This document shows, piece after piece, positions 62,601 to 64,000 of a DNA stretch of 64,000 nucleotides. Under the pieces are notes generated by a model. It was not told where the DNA came from. It did not search any database and saw nothing but the letters and a program-made list of their open reading frames with translations. Origin of the DNA: an uncultured Gemmatimonadales bacterium (GTDB lineage: Bacteria; Gemmatimonadota; Gemmatimonadetes; Longimicrobiales; Longimicrobiaceae); NCBI GenBank assembly GCA_963716255.1, contig OY970303.1, positions 5,216,001 to 5,280,000 on the forward strand, given 5' to 3'. Position 1 is the stretch's first letter; each line of letters begins with the position of its first letter. A program made the translations under genes and the position numbers.

Positions 62601-64000
62601 CGGACGGCGGGGTCTGCGGCATCGCATCCAGCGCGGCGGCGGTCTCCGGCTCGTCCAGCCACAGCGCCTCGACCTCCCCGGGGAGCTGCGCCCCCGCGGC
62701 GGCGTGCGTGAGCACGACTGCGACGCCCGCGTCGGCGAAGACCTCGCGCAGGCGCTCGACGGGGTTGGAAGGGTCCAGCGGCACGTAGGCGCCACCGGCC
62801 TTGAGGACGCCCAGCAGCGCGACGACCACCTCCACCCCGCGCTCCATGCACACGCCCACCCGGGTCTCGGGCCCGATCCCGCGCCGGCGCAGCAGGTGCG
62901 CCAGCCGGCTGGACTGGTGCTCCAGTTCCGCATAGCTGAGCACCTCCCCTTGAGAGACGACCGCCACCGCACCCGGGGTGCGGGCCGCTTGCCCGGTGAA
63001 CAGCTCATGGATGCACGCCTGCGGGAGGGGGGCCGCGGTGGCATTCCAGGCCTCCAGCACCTGGATGCGCTCCGCCCCGCGCAGCAGCGACACTTGCCCG
63101 AGGCGCCGCATGGGATCGGCGGCCATTGCCTCAAGCAGTACCTCGAGGTGCCCCACCATGTGCGCCGCCGCCGCCGCCTCGATGCGCACCTCGTCGTACT
63201 CCACCTGAAGACCGAGCCGCTCCCCAGGCAGCACCATTAGCTCCAGCGGATAATGGCTCCGCCCCACCCGCTCCCAGTGCTCCACCACGAAGCTGCGCTC
63301 ACCCGTTTCGGCCACCGCTTCCACCGGGTGGTTCTCGAAGGCCACGATGCTCTCGAAGAGCGGCTGCCCTGCCGCCACCCCGCTCCAGCGCTGCACCTCG
63401 GAGAGTGGGCTATGGTCGTAGGAGCGCGCCTCCATCTGCTGCTCCTGCAGCTCCCGCAGCCACCCGTCGAGCCGCGCGCCGCCATCGACGCGCACCCGCA
63501 CCGGAAGCGTGTTGATGAACAGCCCGATCATGGCCTCCATTCCCGTCAACTGCGGCGGCCGCCCCGTCACTACTGCCCCGAAAACGACGTCGTCCTCCCC
63601 CGAGTAGCGCGACAGCAGCAATGCCCACGCGCCCTGTACCATCGTGTTGGCAGTCAGTCGGTGCTGCTTCGCCACCACCTGAAGCGCACCCGTCGCGACG
63701 GGGGATAGCTGCCGAAGGGCATTGCCGTGGGCGCGTCGACCGTCGGAGGCGGTGCCCGGCTTCCGGTCCACCCCGAGTGGAGTGGGGGTCGTAAAGCCTT
63801 CCAGCACTCCTCGCCAGTATGCTTCGGCCGCGGGGAGTTCCTGCCGCAGCAGCCAGGCGATATAGTCTTGGTACGGGCGGCGGCGGGGGAGGACGGGTAC
63901 GGTCCGTCGCAGGAGGGCGTCGTACGAGGTGAGTACGTCTTGCAAGACCAGCGATAGGGACCAGCCGTCCAGCACGAGGTGGTGAAAGCTCCAGACGAGA
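29641..64000 (-). CDS. Giant hybrid NRPS-PKS, over 11,400 aa, 5' end outside the window: (C)-A-T x6, KS-AT-ACP, C-A-T-E, C-A-T, C-A-T, terminal C
   Basis: One uninterrupted frame with nine A domains (YTSGSTG.PKGV, YRTGD/YRSGD, NGK/SGK/GGK), GG(H/D/Y)S carrier motifs, HHxxxDG C motifs, KS TACSSS/EAHGSGT/GHLDAAAG, AT GHSLGE/HAFH, and E domain EGHGR/RTVGWFT. Confidence 0.98.
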   Translation of the reverse strand, partial: LVWSFHHLVLDGWSLSLVLQDVLTSYDALLRRTVPVLPRRRPYQDYIAWLLRQELPAAEAYWRGVLEGFTTPTPLGVDRKPGTASDGRRAHGNALRQLSPVATGALQVVAKQHRLTANTMVQGAWALLLSRYSGEDDVVFGAVVTGRPPQLTGMEAMIGLFINTLPVRVRVDGGARLDGWLRELQEQQMEARSYDHSPLSEVQRWSGVAAGQPLFESIVAFENHPVEAVAETGERSFVVEHWERVGRSHYPLELMVLPGERLGLQVEYDEVRIEAAAAAHMVGHLEVLLEAMAADPMRRLGQVSLLRGAERIQVLEAWNATAAPLPQACIHELFTGQAARTPGAVAVVSQGEVLSYAELEHQSSRLAHLLRRRGIGPETRVGVCMERGVEVVVALLGVLKAGGAYVPLDPSNPVERLREVFADAGVAVVLTHAAAGAQLPGEVEALWLDEPETAAALDAMPQTPPSVASHPGQLAYVIYTSGSTGRPKGVAVAHASVVRLVHNTRYVPFGPQERIAQVSNLAFDAATFEIWGALLGGGSLVVIEREATLSPSVFAAELRGRGVSAVFVTTALFNRVAHDEPGAFGSLRHVLFGGELVDPQSVRRVLERGAPERLLHVYGPTETTTYASWQLVRGVEPGASTVPIGVPLGNTALYVLDASGEAVPPGMPGELYVGGVGVARGYLGQPAQTAERFVPDAFVALGSRLYRTGDRVRWNGRGEVEYLGRLDAQVKIRGFRIEPGEVEAVLLEQEGVREAVVAVREDVPGNRRLVAYVVPEEDARLAPGELRAKLGMRLPEYMVPGAYVVLERLPLNANGKVDRRALPAPEQGSAAAYVAPRTAAEEVLAGIWAEVLGVERVGVEANFFELGGYSLLAMQVVTRARQAFGVEVPLRALFEAPSLAALAGRIEALRCAGTSSAPPIEQVSREGPLPLSFAQQRLWVVDRLEPGSPAYNMPYALRLRGALDVRALRGSIGGLVGRHEALRTTFAEHDGVPVQVIHPAAPVPLPVLDLGGLPGEARQHLAQRLAGLEAMRPFDLSRGPLLRSTLLRLSGEDHVLCFTLHHVVSDGWSMDVLVREVSQLYAALSRGETPRLPELPVQYADYAAWQRRWLSEEVLETQLAYWRDRMAGAPPLLEIPTDRPRAAGQRAEAGSQRFALPAGLSDELRALSRAEGATLFMTVLAGWQALLGRWAGQEDVVVGSPIAGRNRRETEGLIGFFVNMLALRGDLAGDPTWTELLGRVREEALGAYEHQELPFERLVEELATERSLTHTPLFQAIFAMNRSSGPDELLELGGLSVELFGREGEGVARFDLDLVVADSGGALSGALVYRKALFEVESIERMVGHLEVVLGAMAADPRRSLSEVSLLRGAERAQVLEAWNTTAAEFPRGCIHELFAEQAARTPDAAAVLFGDEVLTYAELEHRSNQLGHLLRRHGVVPEVRVGLCVERSPEMVVGVLGILKAGGAYLPLDPSYPAGRLGYMLSDAGAGVLLAGDVFPDGLPDFAGEVLRLDAQCRTISGEPVDALPVEVGARNAAYVIYTSGSTGAPKGVVVEHGNLANYLRYFDGAILGDAGFALPLVSRLSFDAHVRQLFPPLLRGGAVWVLPETAATDTGALLEALGARERVGFGGVPSLWSAVLERMERGEGAVPRGLVAVLLGGEAIPGELVRRTRRLFPDVAIWNHYGPTEATVNTTAGRVSEAEGITLGRPIANVRVYVLDGWGEPVPVGVPGELYAGGAGVSRGYLGRPERTAETYLPDPFSREAGARLYRSGDRVRWRGDGELEYLGRVDQQVKIRGFRIELGEIETALAGHPEVSRAVVTVREDVPGNRRLVAYVVGEAGVEVPAAELRAHLAARLPEYMVPGAYVALERLPLNANGKVDRRALPAPEQGSAAAYVAPRTAAEEVLAGIWAEVLGVDRVGVEANFFELGGHSLLATQVVSRARQAFGVEVPLRALFEAPSVAALAGRIEALRSAGTSSAPPIERVSREGPLPLSFAQQRLWVVDRLEPGSAAYNMPYALRLRGVLDLRALRGSIGGLVGRHEALRTTFAEHDGVPVQVIHPATAVPLPVLDLGALREAERERRAQRLAGAEAMRPFDLTRGPLLRSTLLRLSGEDHVLCFTLHHVVSDGWSMDVLVREVSLLYAALSRGEAPRLPELPELPVQYADYAAWQRAWLSGEVLEEQLGYWRERLAGAPPLLEVPTDRPRTPRQSPRAGSRRFALPAEVSQGLHALSRAEGATLFMTVLAAWQALLSKYSGQEDVVVGSPIAGRNRREAEGLIGFFVNMLVLRGDLAGDPTWTELVGRVRETALGAYEHQELPFEKLVEEVAVERSFTHTPLFQVTFSLNQSGGRDGRLELGELAVEPFEGGRDGVARFDLELVIADSGEALGGVLTYRASLFEAETMARMAGHLEVLLEAMAADPVQRISEVSLLRGAERARVLEAWKEVAADYPPLGVDELFAGQAARTRDAPAVRSGGRTLTYAELERDSARLALHLRALGAGPETRVGLCLERGPEMVAAVLGVLRAGAAYVPLDPAQPAERLALMLEDAAPAVLLTREALLERLPAHGARVVCVDRDAAEIAGHGEAAPASGAAPDNLAYVIFTSGSTGRPKGVAVTHRGLGNYLAWAAGAYAGPGHGAPVHSSLSFDLTVTSLLVPLLQGGRVVLAGEGEGVEGLASALREEPGFTLVKLTPAHLALLAGQLTEQEAAAAARTLVVGGEALPAEVAAYWRRVAPGTELVNEYGPTETVVGCVVHRVRDAGGGGSVPIGRPIAGMRAYVLDGGMQPVPVGVPGELYLGGAGVARGYLGQPGLTAGRFVPDPFGREPGARLYRTGDRARWLSGGELDYLGRTDHQVKVRGYRIEPGEIESVLAALPQVREAIVVVREDAPGDRRLVAYVVPAEGAADTPAGLRARLRSRLPEYMVPSAVVLLDALPLAPGGKVDRRALPAPDFVAAGAYVAPRTPTEEVLSGIWAEVLGTGRVGMEDDFFALGGHSLLAMQVVSRARQVLGADVPLRALFEAPTVAMLAGRIEGLRGTGASPAPRIERVSREEPLPLSFAQQRLWLVDRLEPGSAAYNMPGALRLRGALDTAALRASLDGLVRRHETLRTTFVEQGGVPVQVIHPAAPVELPDLDLRSLPVEARTHEVERLASQEALRPFDLARGPLLRSTLLRVDEEEHVLLFTLHHVVSDGWSMQVLVREVSALYTALCRGEEPRLQELPVQYADFAVWQRAWLSGQTLDAQIGYWKQRLAGAPPLLEISTDRPRRTGQSALAASRHFAVSPELSRELRALSRREGATLFMTTLAAWQVLLARYAGQEDVVVGSPISGRNRQEVEGLIGFFVNMLALRADLAGDPTWTELLGRTRATALAAFDHQELPFERLVEELGAERSLTHTPVFQVTFALQRSGAEGQLSLGDLELAPFGSGAGVAKFDLGLALADEPESLAGTLAYKGALFEAETIARMAGHLEVLLEAMAAEPRRRLWEVSLLRDGERAQLLAGSRAEAVGRPSACVHELFSAQAAATPDLTAVAGRGGALTYTELERGANRLARHLQRRGVGPESRVGVCLEPGAELVVGVLAILKAGGAYVPLDPAYPAERLAYTLSDSGASVLLTRSALLDALPAFAGEVVRLDADGEAVVREPDGAPRSGVDARNAAYVVYTSGSTGRPKGVVVEHAGLANTLLGTLEAFGPGAGEVFPATASYAFDIWAFEVFAPLLSGGTVRLLARATVRDVERLVGELAEVDAVHAVPALMREVVQRVQAGPGTLPRMRRVYVGGDAVPADLIGEMRRAFPSAELRVLYGPTETTILGAASRLRAEGGYAWQVVGRALPGAGLYVCDAGGSLLPAGVPGELWIGGAGVARGYLDRPELTAEKFVPHAFAIEPGARLYRTGDRVRRRADGELEFLGRVDEQVKVRGFRIEPGEVEAALLAHETIREAAVVVREDVPGQKRLVAYVAPAEDAQVAVAGLREHLSARLPEHMVPGAFVVLDRLPLSANGKVDRRALPAPEREAAAAYVAPRTATEEVLSGIWAEVLGTARVGVEDGFFDLGGHSLLATQVVSRARQAFGAEVPLRALFEAPTVAALAERIEILRGSGAAAGPPLERVPREGPLPLSFAQQRLWVVDRLEPGSAAYNMPYALRLRGGLDAAALRAALDELVRRHEALRTVFAERDGVPVQVIGPPAPVPLQVVDLRDAADALREAGRLAAEEALRPFDLERGPLLRSTLLRLDEDDHVLCFTLHHVVSDGWSIEVLVREVSALYAGEPLPELPVQYADYAVWQRAWLSGGPLEAQLAFWREQLRSAPPLLEIPVDRPRAQGQSPRAAGHRFVLPPALSQGLRELSRREGTTLFMTVLAGWQALLGRYAGQEDVVVGSPVAGRNRREVEGLIGFFVNLLVLRVDLSGDPAWAELLGRVRETALGAYDHQELPFERLVEEVGVERSLTHSPLVQTTFALQRTGGLGDALRLGDVALEPFGGGERVARFDLDLVLDESGEALAGELVYRAALFEPATMARLAGHLETVLEAMAADPRRRLSEVSLLRGAERARVLEAWNDTARPVPAGPGLHDLFAARARRTPDAPALTWRGEPVTYAELDRRSRRLAGTLRRRGVGPETRVGVCMSRTPELVAALLAVVRAGGAYVPMDPGYPVERLRYMLADSGAALLLADSAAAGRLGECGVEVLRSDAAADAGEAADAEVEPESLAYVVYTSGSTGTPKGVLGTHGAAVNRFAWMWSEHPFAADEVCCQKTSLAFVDSVWEVFGPLLAGVPSVLVPDEDARDPEALVAHLSLRGVTRIVLVPSLLDPLLDAYPEIGRRCPRLRLVVTSGEALPPELARRFAEALPGARLLNLYGSSEAAADSTHHPVGPTVGERVPIGRPIWNTRVYVVDAAMEPAPAGAAGELYVAGKGVARGYMGNPAATAERFVPDPFGRVPGERMYRTGDRARWTAGGELEYLGRADQQVKVRGFRIELGEVEAVLRAHLAVREAAVVARTDARGDLRIAAYVAAEEGEAPSRAELRAHLGARLPEHMVPGAFVVLDRLPHTPSGKLDRRALPAPAWGEEGVYVAPRTATEEVLAGIWAEVLGAERVGVEDNFFERGGHSLLATQVVSRVRQALGVEMPLKALFEAPTVAALAGCAEELRSAGASPAPPVERVSRSEPLPLSFAQQRLWVVDRIEPGSAAYNMPGALRLRGALDTAALRASLDGLVRRHETLRTTFVEQGGVPVQVIHPAAPVELPDLDLRSLPVEARTHEVERLASQEALRPFDLARGPLLRSTLLRVDEEEHVLLFTLHHVVSDGWSMQVLVREVSALYTALCRGEEPRLQELPVQYADFAVWQRAWLSGQTLDAQIGYWKQRLAGAPPLLEIPTDRPRRTGQSALAASRHFAVSPELSRELRALSRREGATLFMTTLAAWQVLLARYAGQEDVVVGSPISGRNRQEVEGLIGFFVNMLALRADLAGDPTWTELLGRTRATALAAFDHQELPFERLVEELGAERSLTHTPVFQVTFALQRSGAEGQLSLGDLELTPFGSGAGVAKFDLGLALADEPESLAGTLAYKGALFEAETIARMAGHLEVLLEAMAAEPRRRLWEVSLLRRVERAQVVEAWNATPAAFPQACVHELFAEQAACTPNAVAIVSGNASLTYAELERRANRLAHHLRRRGVGPEARVAVCAERSGELIVALLAVLKSGGAYVPVDPAYPAERLAYLLEDSGCAAVLVQEHLRGLLGDATVEVLGLESALAETGGGDAAPGVEVDPQNAAYVIYTSGSTGRPKGVVVTHGNVTRLFAATQPWFGFGAEDVWTLFHSYAFDFSVWEIWGALLHGGRLVVVPWQTSRDPEAFHDLLARERVTVLNQTPSAFRQLNAADEQIGDAAELALRWVVFGGEALEPGSLRGWMGRHGEESPRLVNMYGITETTVHVTYRLLGWADVEAGDGSPVGEPIPDLGVRVLDRRGEPAPVGVPGELYVAGAGVSRGYLGRPELTAERFVPDAFGGEAGARLYRSGDRARWLAAGELEYLGRLDHQVKIRGFRIEPGEIEAALLGVEGVREAVVLVREDPAFGMPGSAGPRLVAYMAPEAGAEVTAAELRARLHERLPEYMVPEAFVVLESIPLTANGKVDRRALPAPERSGGGREGGAPLTAAERAVAAIWEEVLGVPHIGVGDNFFDLGGHSLLLVQVHSRLQDRFPDRVALVDLFTHRTLGALAAQLGSSAAPGVPKPPRVASAPDAPPVHEAKGPEAARAAEAPEAPRAEVPEPREAPAGRSHEHAEERRARTRQHRAARSGREAGTHPIEPGMNSQTGSPGGQDVAIIGMAGRFPGARDIDELWQNLRSGTRSLRRLGDEELRAAGVSRRERTAPGYVPVSGVVEGAELFDAAFFGFTPREALVMNPQQRLFLECAWEALERAGYASRDYAGRIGVYASEGQNRYMLDVLSQRALVRAVGGLQVILSNSASVATLTSFKLGLEGPSLNVQTACSSSLVAVHLACQGLLCGETDVALAGGVRISVPQHRGYRYQPGGITSPTGECVPFDADARGLVAGSGVGAVVLKRLEDALADGDLVHAVIRGSAVNNDGDRKVGFTAPRWEGQAAVISEALAMARVEPGDVSYVEAHGSGTEVGDPIEVAALVAAFGEGKKGTCALGAVKSSIGHLDAAAGVVGLIKTVLALQNEEIPPSPYFRRPNPRIDFDRSPFYVNPDLRPWAPGGRPRIAGVSSFGIGGTNAHVVLEEAPQAAPSGPSRPWQLLVLSARTPAALEAATDRLAAHLRERPEQKLADVAHTLRVGRRRFKQRRVLVCRGREDAAAALEARDPRRVLEGAQEREERPVAFLFPGVGDHYVQMARGLYEAEPVFHDEVDRCARILGAHTRSDVREWLFPGDPAPEQAAGGAPVEAGGSTDLRGMLGRAAAGDPLGRTERAHPAVFVVEYALARLWMSWGVQPESMIGHSLGEYVAATVAGVFRLEDALALLAERARLISGLPAGAMLAVPMDPAALGPRLRDGLALAAHNASGLCTVSGPAESVAALEAELVEEGVACRRLVAEHAFHSAEMEPVAERLAERLRAMRLAEPEIPFVSNVTGTWIRPEEATDPEYWTRHLCGTVRFAEGMSELLLDGSRVLLEVGPGRTLGTFALHGGAAEAAVFASLRHAYTRQSDQAYLLETLGRLWIAGVRMDWDGFTAGERRRRALLPTYPFERQPYWVERRPRRRGAPRPAASAAGNDSPGADPVPRDPAVTAPPAAAPGKLPGLQPRPETGTRYVAPAGELEERMAELWQDLLGFERIGAHDDFFSLGGHSLMATQLVMRVQGEFRADVSLDAVFEVPTVAGMAQRVAALRDDVDAAGPAAIRPVPRTGPLPLSYGQERIWMLDRLEPGNPMYNVPMAGWLRGPLDMGAARRALAEIVRRHEVYRTVYAEVDGVAVQIVRPHIDVPLPVDDFSGIPEADRMATVRRRHDEEARCPTDLTTGPVMRARLLRFEPGLHALLITAHHIVTDGWSEGLFLYELRVLYQAFTSGRPSPLPELPIQYADYAVWQREQLSGERLQQHLAFWRESLRGVPPVLELPTDRPRPPVQSYRGGKRGIELSAELVERVRALARRERTTFHLVLVAAFQALCFRYTGQEDFAMGSLAASRPRPETQLLLGYFLNTIPVRARPSARLRFDEVLGQVRTFMAGAYPHAELPLQMILDEVRPERDPSRNPLIQVMLGIQAPGDYGPPPEESSGLSMHPLGGGAVPTGDSGTAKFDMLLQVTEGGALAIPAVAEYNSDLFDLATVDRFLDHFRVLLEAAVDAPDTPLAQIPLLLEGESRQLLEEWNRTEAEYPSDLCLHHLFEAQAARTPDAAAVVFEEESLSYGALNARANRLAHHLRRLGVGREVRVGLCLERSLEMVVGLLGILKAGGAYVPLDPGYPAERLAYMLSDSGAPVLLTQEELRGALAVPEGTEVVDVSGAERAGESVENPDGGATPDGLAYVIYTSGSTGRPKGVMSAHRGIVNRLAWMQAEYRLGAEDVVLQKTPFSFDVSVWEFFWPLQQGACLVMARPEGHRDPAYLQEVIERRGVTTLHFVPSMLQAFVEAADAERCATLKRVICSGEALPVALVERFHERFAAPMGLHNLYGPTEAAVDVSFWACEREGGRTAVPIGRPVWNTQLYVLDRGLGPVPVGVAGELYIGGVQVARGYLGRAELTGDRFVPNPFGGEAGGRLYRTGDKVRWRSDGALEYLGRLDEQVKVRGFRIELGEVEAVLLAQPGVRECAVVVREDAPGERRLVAYLAGAAEGLPPVEELRARLRELLPEYMVPTAFVTLDALPLTPNGKVDRAALPTPAAERASGREPAAPRNAEERALVEIWSAVLGVERVGIHERFFELGGDSILAIRVATAARRAGMQLLPRQLFEHATIAELARVAGTGASVVAEQGRVAGAAPLTPIQRWFFAQEPPAPHHYNQALLLVPPRALEPRLLERALAVLVEHHDALRLRFRRGGGGWTQEHAPAGERAPLVTIDLARLDGAARDRAMAEAVDRVQAGLDLERGPVLRVAHFRTRDEGRLLLALHHLVVDGVSWRILLEDLETAYVQAERGEPVRLPAKTTSWKAWAERLAEHAGAPETLAEAAYWTERARGAAAALPLDAPRAEDTAGLGRTVAVQLGADETEALLREVPAAYRTHVDEVLLCALVRALARWTGERRVRVELEGHGRKEERLEGVDLSRTVGWFTSLYPVLLELPAAGGPGEALRAVKEQLRAVPGRGLGYGLLRWMGGGGAAELAAAPRAEVAFNYLGQVDRTVSQDTFLRLAPESGGAHQDPRRVRPHRLEVNGVVSGGCLRITLGYGAATLREETARRLAAWYLEELRELVAHCRRTDAAGYTPSDFPRAGLDQAALDRLLGGERGIEDVYPATPMHEGMLFHSQYAPESGVYVGQLAFALEGPLDAGAVERAWRGAVARHAALRTGFAWRGLPRPLQVVRETVELEFRREDRPGLVAAELAELAAAERARGFDLERPPLMRVALLRVGDREHQLVWTHHHLVLDGWSLSVLFRDVLALYRAHARSEEPQLPPAPRYREYVAWLEARDASAAERHWREELRGFAATTPLPLPRAGSGEARHEIHVAELPEALSQRLQERSRERGLTVNTLVQGAWALLLARYAGEDDVVFGATVSGRPADLPGAEEMVGLFINTLPVRVPVPPQAEAGAWLAQLQDRQARAREHEHASLVQVRRWSEMPPGEALFESLVVFENFPVERAAADGAEALRVRLSLSVEQTNYPLTLVVTPGSRFHVALHYDRTRSGPDDAERLVEQLGTLLEGLSGDPGRRLSEVSLLRDAERARMLAAWSAAAAGGTPLLHDLFTAQAARTPDSPAVVADGRVLTYAELERGADQLARRLQRRGVGPEVAVGVCMERSPELVLALLGILKAGGVYLPLDPAYPAERLAFMLADAGAPALLTGARSGDPVPTFSGERIALDRDRTPDAPPAGEPPACAGSRDNAAYVIYTSGSTGTPKGVVVTHASAVNLLQRSVETLDVRQGGRVLMTSSVSFDVSVLDVFAALLSGSALYFADREALLSPERLAARLRELEISTWMVTPALLDSLPDVELPALRTLASGGDRCSARAAGRWSAGRRMVNIYGPTEATIFATSYTCPPGVAEAPPVGWPAADARVYVLDAWGGPVATGVPGELYIGGPGVARGYLGRPALTAERFLPDPFSAEPGARMYRTGDRLRRLASGALEFMGRLDAQVKIRGQRVEPGEVEAVLLGAGGVREAVVVAREDAVFDVPGEKRLVAYVVGDGGGNLQAGELRVHLRELLPEHMIPAAFVVLDRLPVTANGKVDRRALPEPGFAASGEYVAPRSATEELLCGIWADVLQVERVGVHDGFFELGGHSLVANRLVSRVAEALGAELPIRVVFEAPTVAAMAEHVEEIRRAGAPALPPAAPAGRMEVLPLSFAQERLWLVDQMEGVGALYNIPVARRLAGALDEAALERALGEIVRRHEALRTTFAEVNGSPVQVIAPFGGFALPVEDLSALGEADREAALSQRASEEASRPFDLSAGPLFRAVLLRLGTEEHALLLCMHHIVSDGWSMGVLFRELSALYAAYHEGEESPLAELLVQYADYALWQREQLAGEVLDRQLAYWKERLADAPAVLELPVDHPRPAVQTYRGASVPMELSRELLERLQGLGRSEGATLYMVLLGAFQVLLGRYSGSEDVVVGSPIAGRTLGEVMGLIGFFVNTLVLRTDLSGDPSFRELLGRVREATLGAYEHQEVPFERLVAELSPERSLSHSPLFQVMFTLDNVRDSGGGLAGLGVQEVGTQLEVAKFDLSLGLTATVQGLRGELNYSTDLFEPGTTRHMARHLERVLEQVAWDADLRLSELRLAGEEERALLAAGHATRSFPVAERLDQRFEALALERPDAHALTFAGTTTTYGELNQRANRLAHRLRALGVGPEVRVGIVLERSAELVATILAVLKAGGAYVPLDPAYPAERIAFVLEDAQIPVLVTASGLLARLPAFTGAALCVDTDADAIAQESNENPGVQAGPDTLAYVIYTSGSTGKPKGVEITHANVVRLFDATEAWFGFAPDDVWTLFHSSAFDFSVWEIWGALLHGGRLVVVPFLTTRSPEDFHRLLADEGVTMLSQTPSAFKQLVQADLASGVDPSALRLRHVVFGGEALDPQSLRPWMERHGDGRPRLVNMYGITETTVHVTYRAITRADLDRAGSPIGVPIPDLSLYVLDSRLEPVPPGVPGELFVGGAGVARGYLNRPELTAERFLRDPFSADPAARLYRSGDLARQRADGELEYLGRADQQVKIRGFRIEPGEIEAALLELPGIRDAAVLVRDEAGREKQLVAYVVLDPGEAEDPPALRAALSARLPDHMVPAVFVTLPEMPLTGNGKLDRRALPAPEAGRTLRPAYASPASAAERLLQEVWQEVLGAERVGVLENFFAAGGDSMRAVQLVAALRKRGMALAVRDLFEAPTIRGLAERTDAAARVGGAPEAGVPHHLADLPEEEWSHVRAVFPAPFQDVYPASRMQAVMLAEYARDTARAGVYHPQQCHRLTDASLSTDALRHAIEQVVRRHAILRTVFTTGSDGTLLQVVRETPRVPIGYQDLRGLSPDEQDRAVRAGVAEDLDMPFDPFDPTGSLMRFVIFHREDHVADLLISAHHAIEDGWGNVHFLNTLFEAYADARDGRPVSAAPLPDTYREFVALEAEILASDEARTFWRDRMRHVSSPWPTPRVGTGGSPRDRPVVREAAPELTAALRETASRQGLALKALYLSSFLDVVAALTGGEDACAGVVWNGRSERLSDPLTALGLFWNLVPVARPATASGGAAGRALAVHQDLLHADRFGRYPLAEIMAEHGGREPFFSTFNFLHFRNRSDRDAVRGSRVEPVYGLDRLHLPFNLAVSLSPRGEGVRMGVEYDDRFFSRSDAAAALESYLLRLAELTSTTAGSQPQGS
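37400..38725 (-). other. Epimerization domain after the Ser module (approximate bounds)
   Basis: PLTPIQRWFF, HHLVVDGVSWRILLEDL, EGHGRKE, RTVGWFTSLYP and FNYLGQ. The preceding T domain has GGDSI. Confidence 0.92.
41990..45065 (-). other. Embedded PKS module KS-AT-ACP with no reductive domains (approximate bounds)
   Basis: DVAIIGMAGRFPGA...TACSSS; AT with HAFH (malonyl-type motif); ACP GGHSLMA. No KR, DH or ER motifs between AT and ACP. Confidence 0.9.
47194..48459. repeat. Near-identical condensation-domain duplicate (copy B; copy A at 53524-54789)
   Basis: Direct repeat at offset 6330 with about 3 differences seen by eye (47403, 47886, 47986). Confidence 0.9.
53524..54789. repeat. Near-identical condensation-domain duplicate (copy A)
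   Basis: Matches 47194-48459. Confidence 0.9.

Noticed and set aside
29000..64000. A functional link between the NRPS product and photosynthesis
   Set aside because: Only adjacency supports it. The two blocks converge, are separated by gene debris, and the NRPS promoter is outside the window.

Overview
Very GC-rich bacterial DNA in two blocks. Bases ~160-28250 hold half of an anoxygenic type-II reaction-centre (bacteriochlorophyll a) photosynthesis gene cluster. On the minus strand: bchF-N-B-H-L-M, lhaA, a split puhA (H1+H2), puhB, puhC, a bciE-like gene, acsF, a blue-copper lipoprotein and tspO. On the plus strand: aerR/ppaA, ppsR, bchG, a PucC-like MFS, bciB, bchP, a crtE-like gene, a second tspO, and hemA, hemE, hemF. 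Several PpsR boxes (TGT-N12-ACA) are visible. The split H subunit and gene order suggest Gemmatimonadota; the giant NRPS suggests a Longimicrobium-like lineage (inference). pufLM(C), bchCXYZ, bchID and the core crt genes are not in the window. After ~1.4 kb of gene remnants, bases 29641-64000 are one 5'-truncated ORF of more than 11,400 aa: a hybrid NRPS-PKS with 9 A domains, one KS-AT-ACP module, one E domain and a terminal C domain instead of a thioesterase. The most striking unexplained signal is a ~140-nt intergenic element (3 full and 2 partial copies) whose stems show clear compensatory changes. Other highlights are the plastocyanin/auracyanin-like lipoprotein and the BciE-like gene inside the cluster. 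All assignments come from motif recognition by eye; no searches were run.
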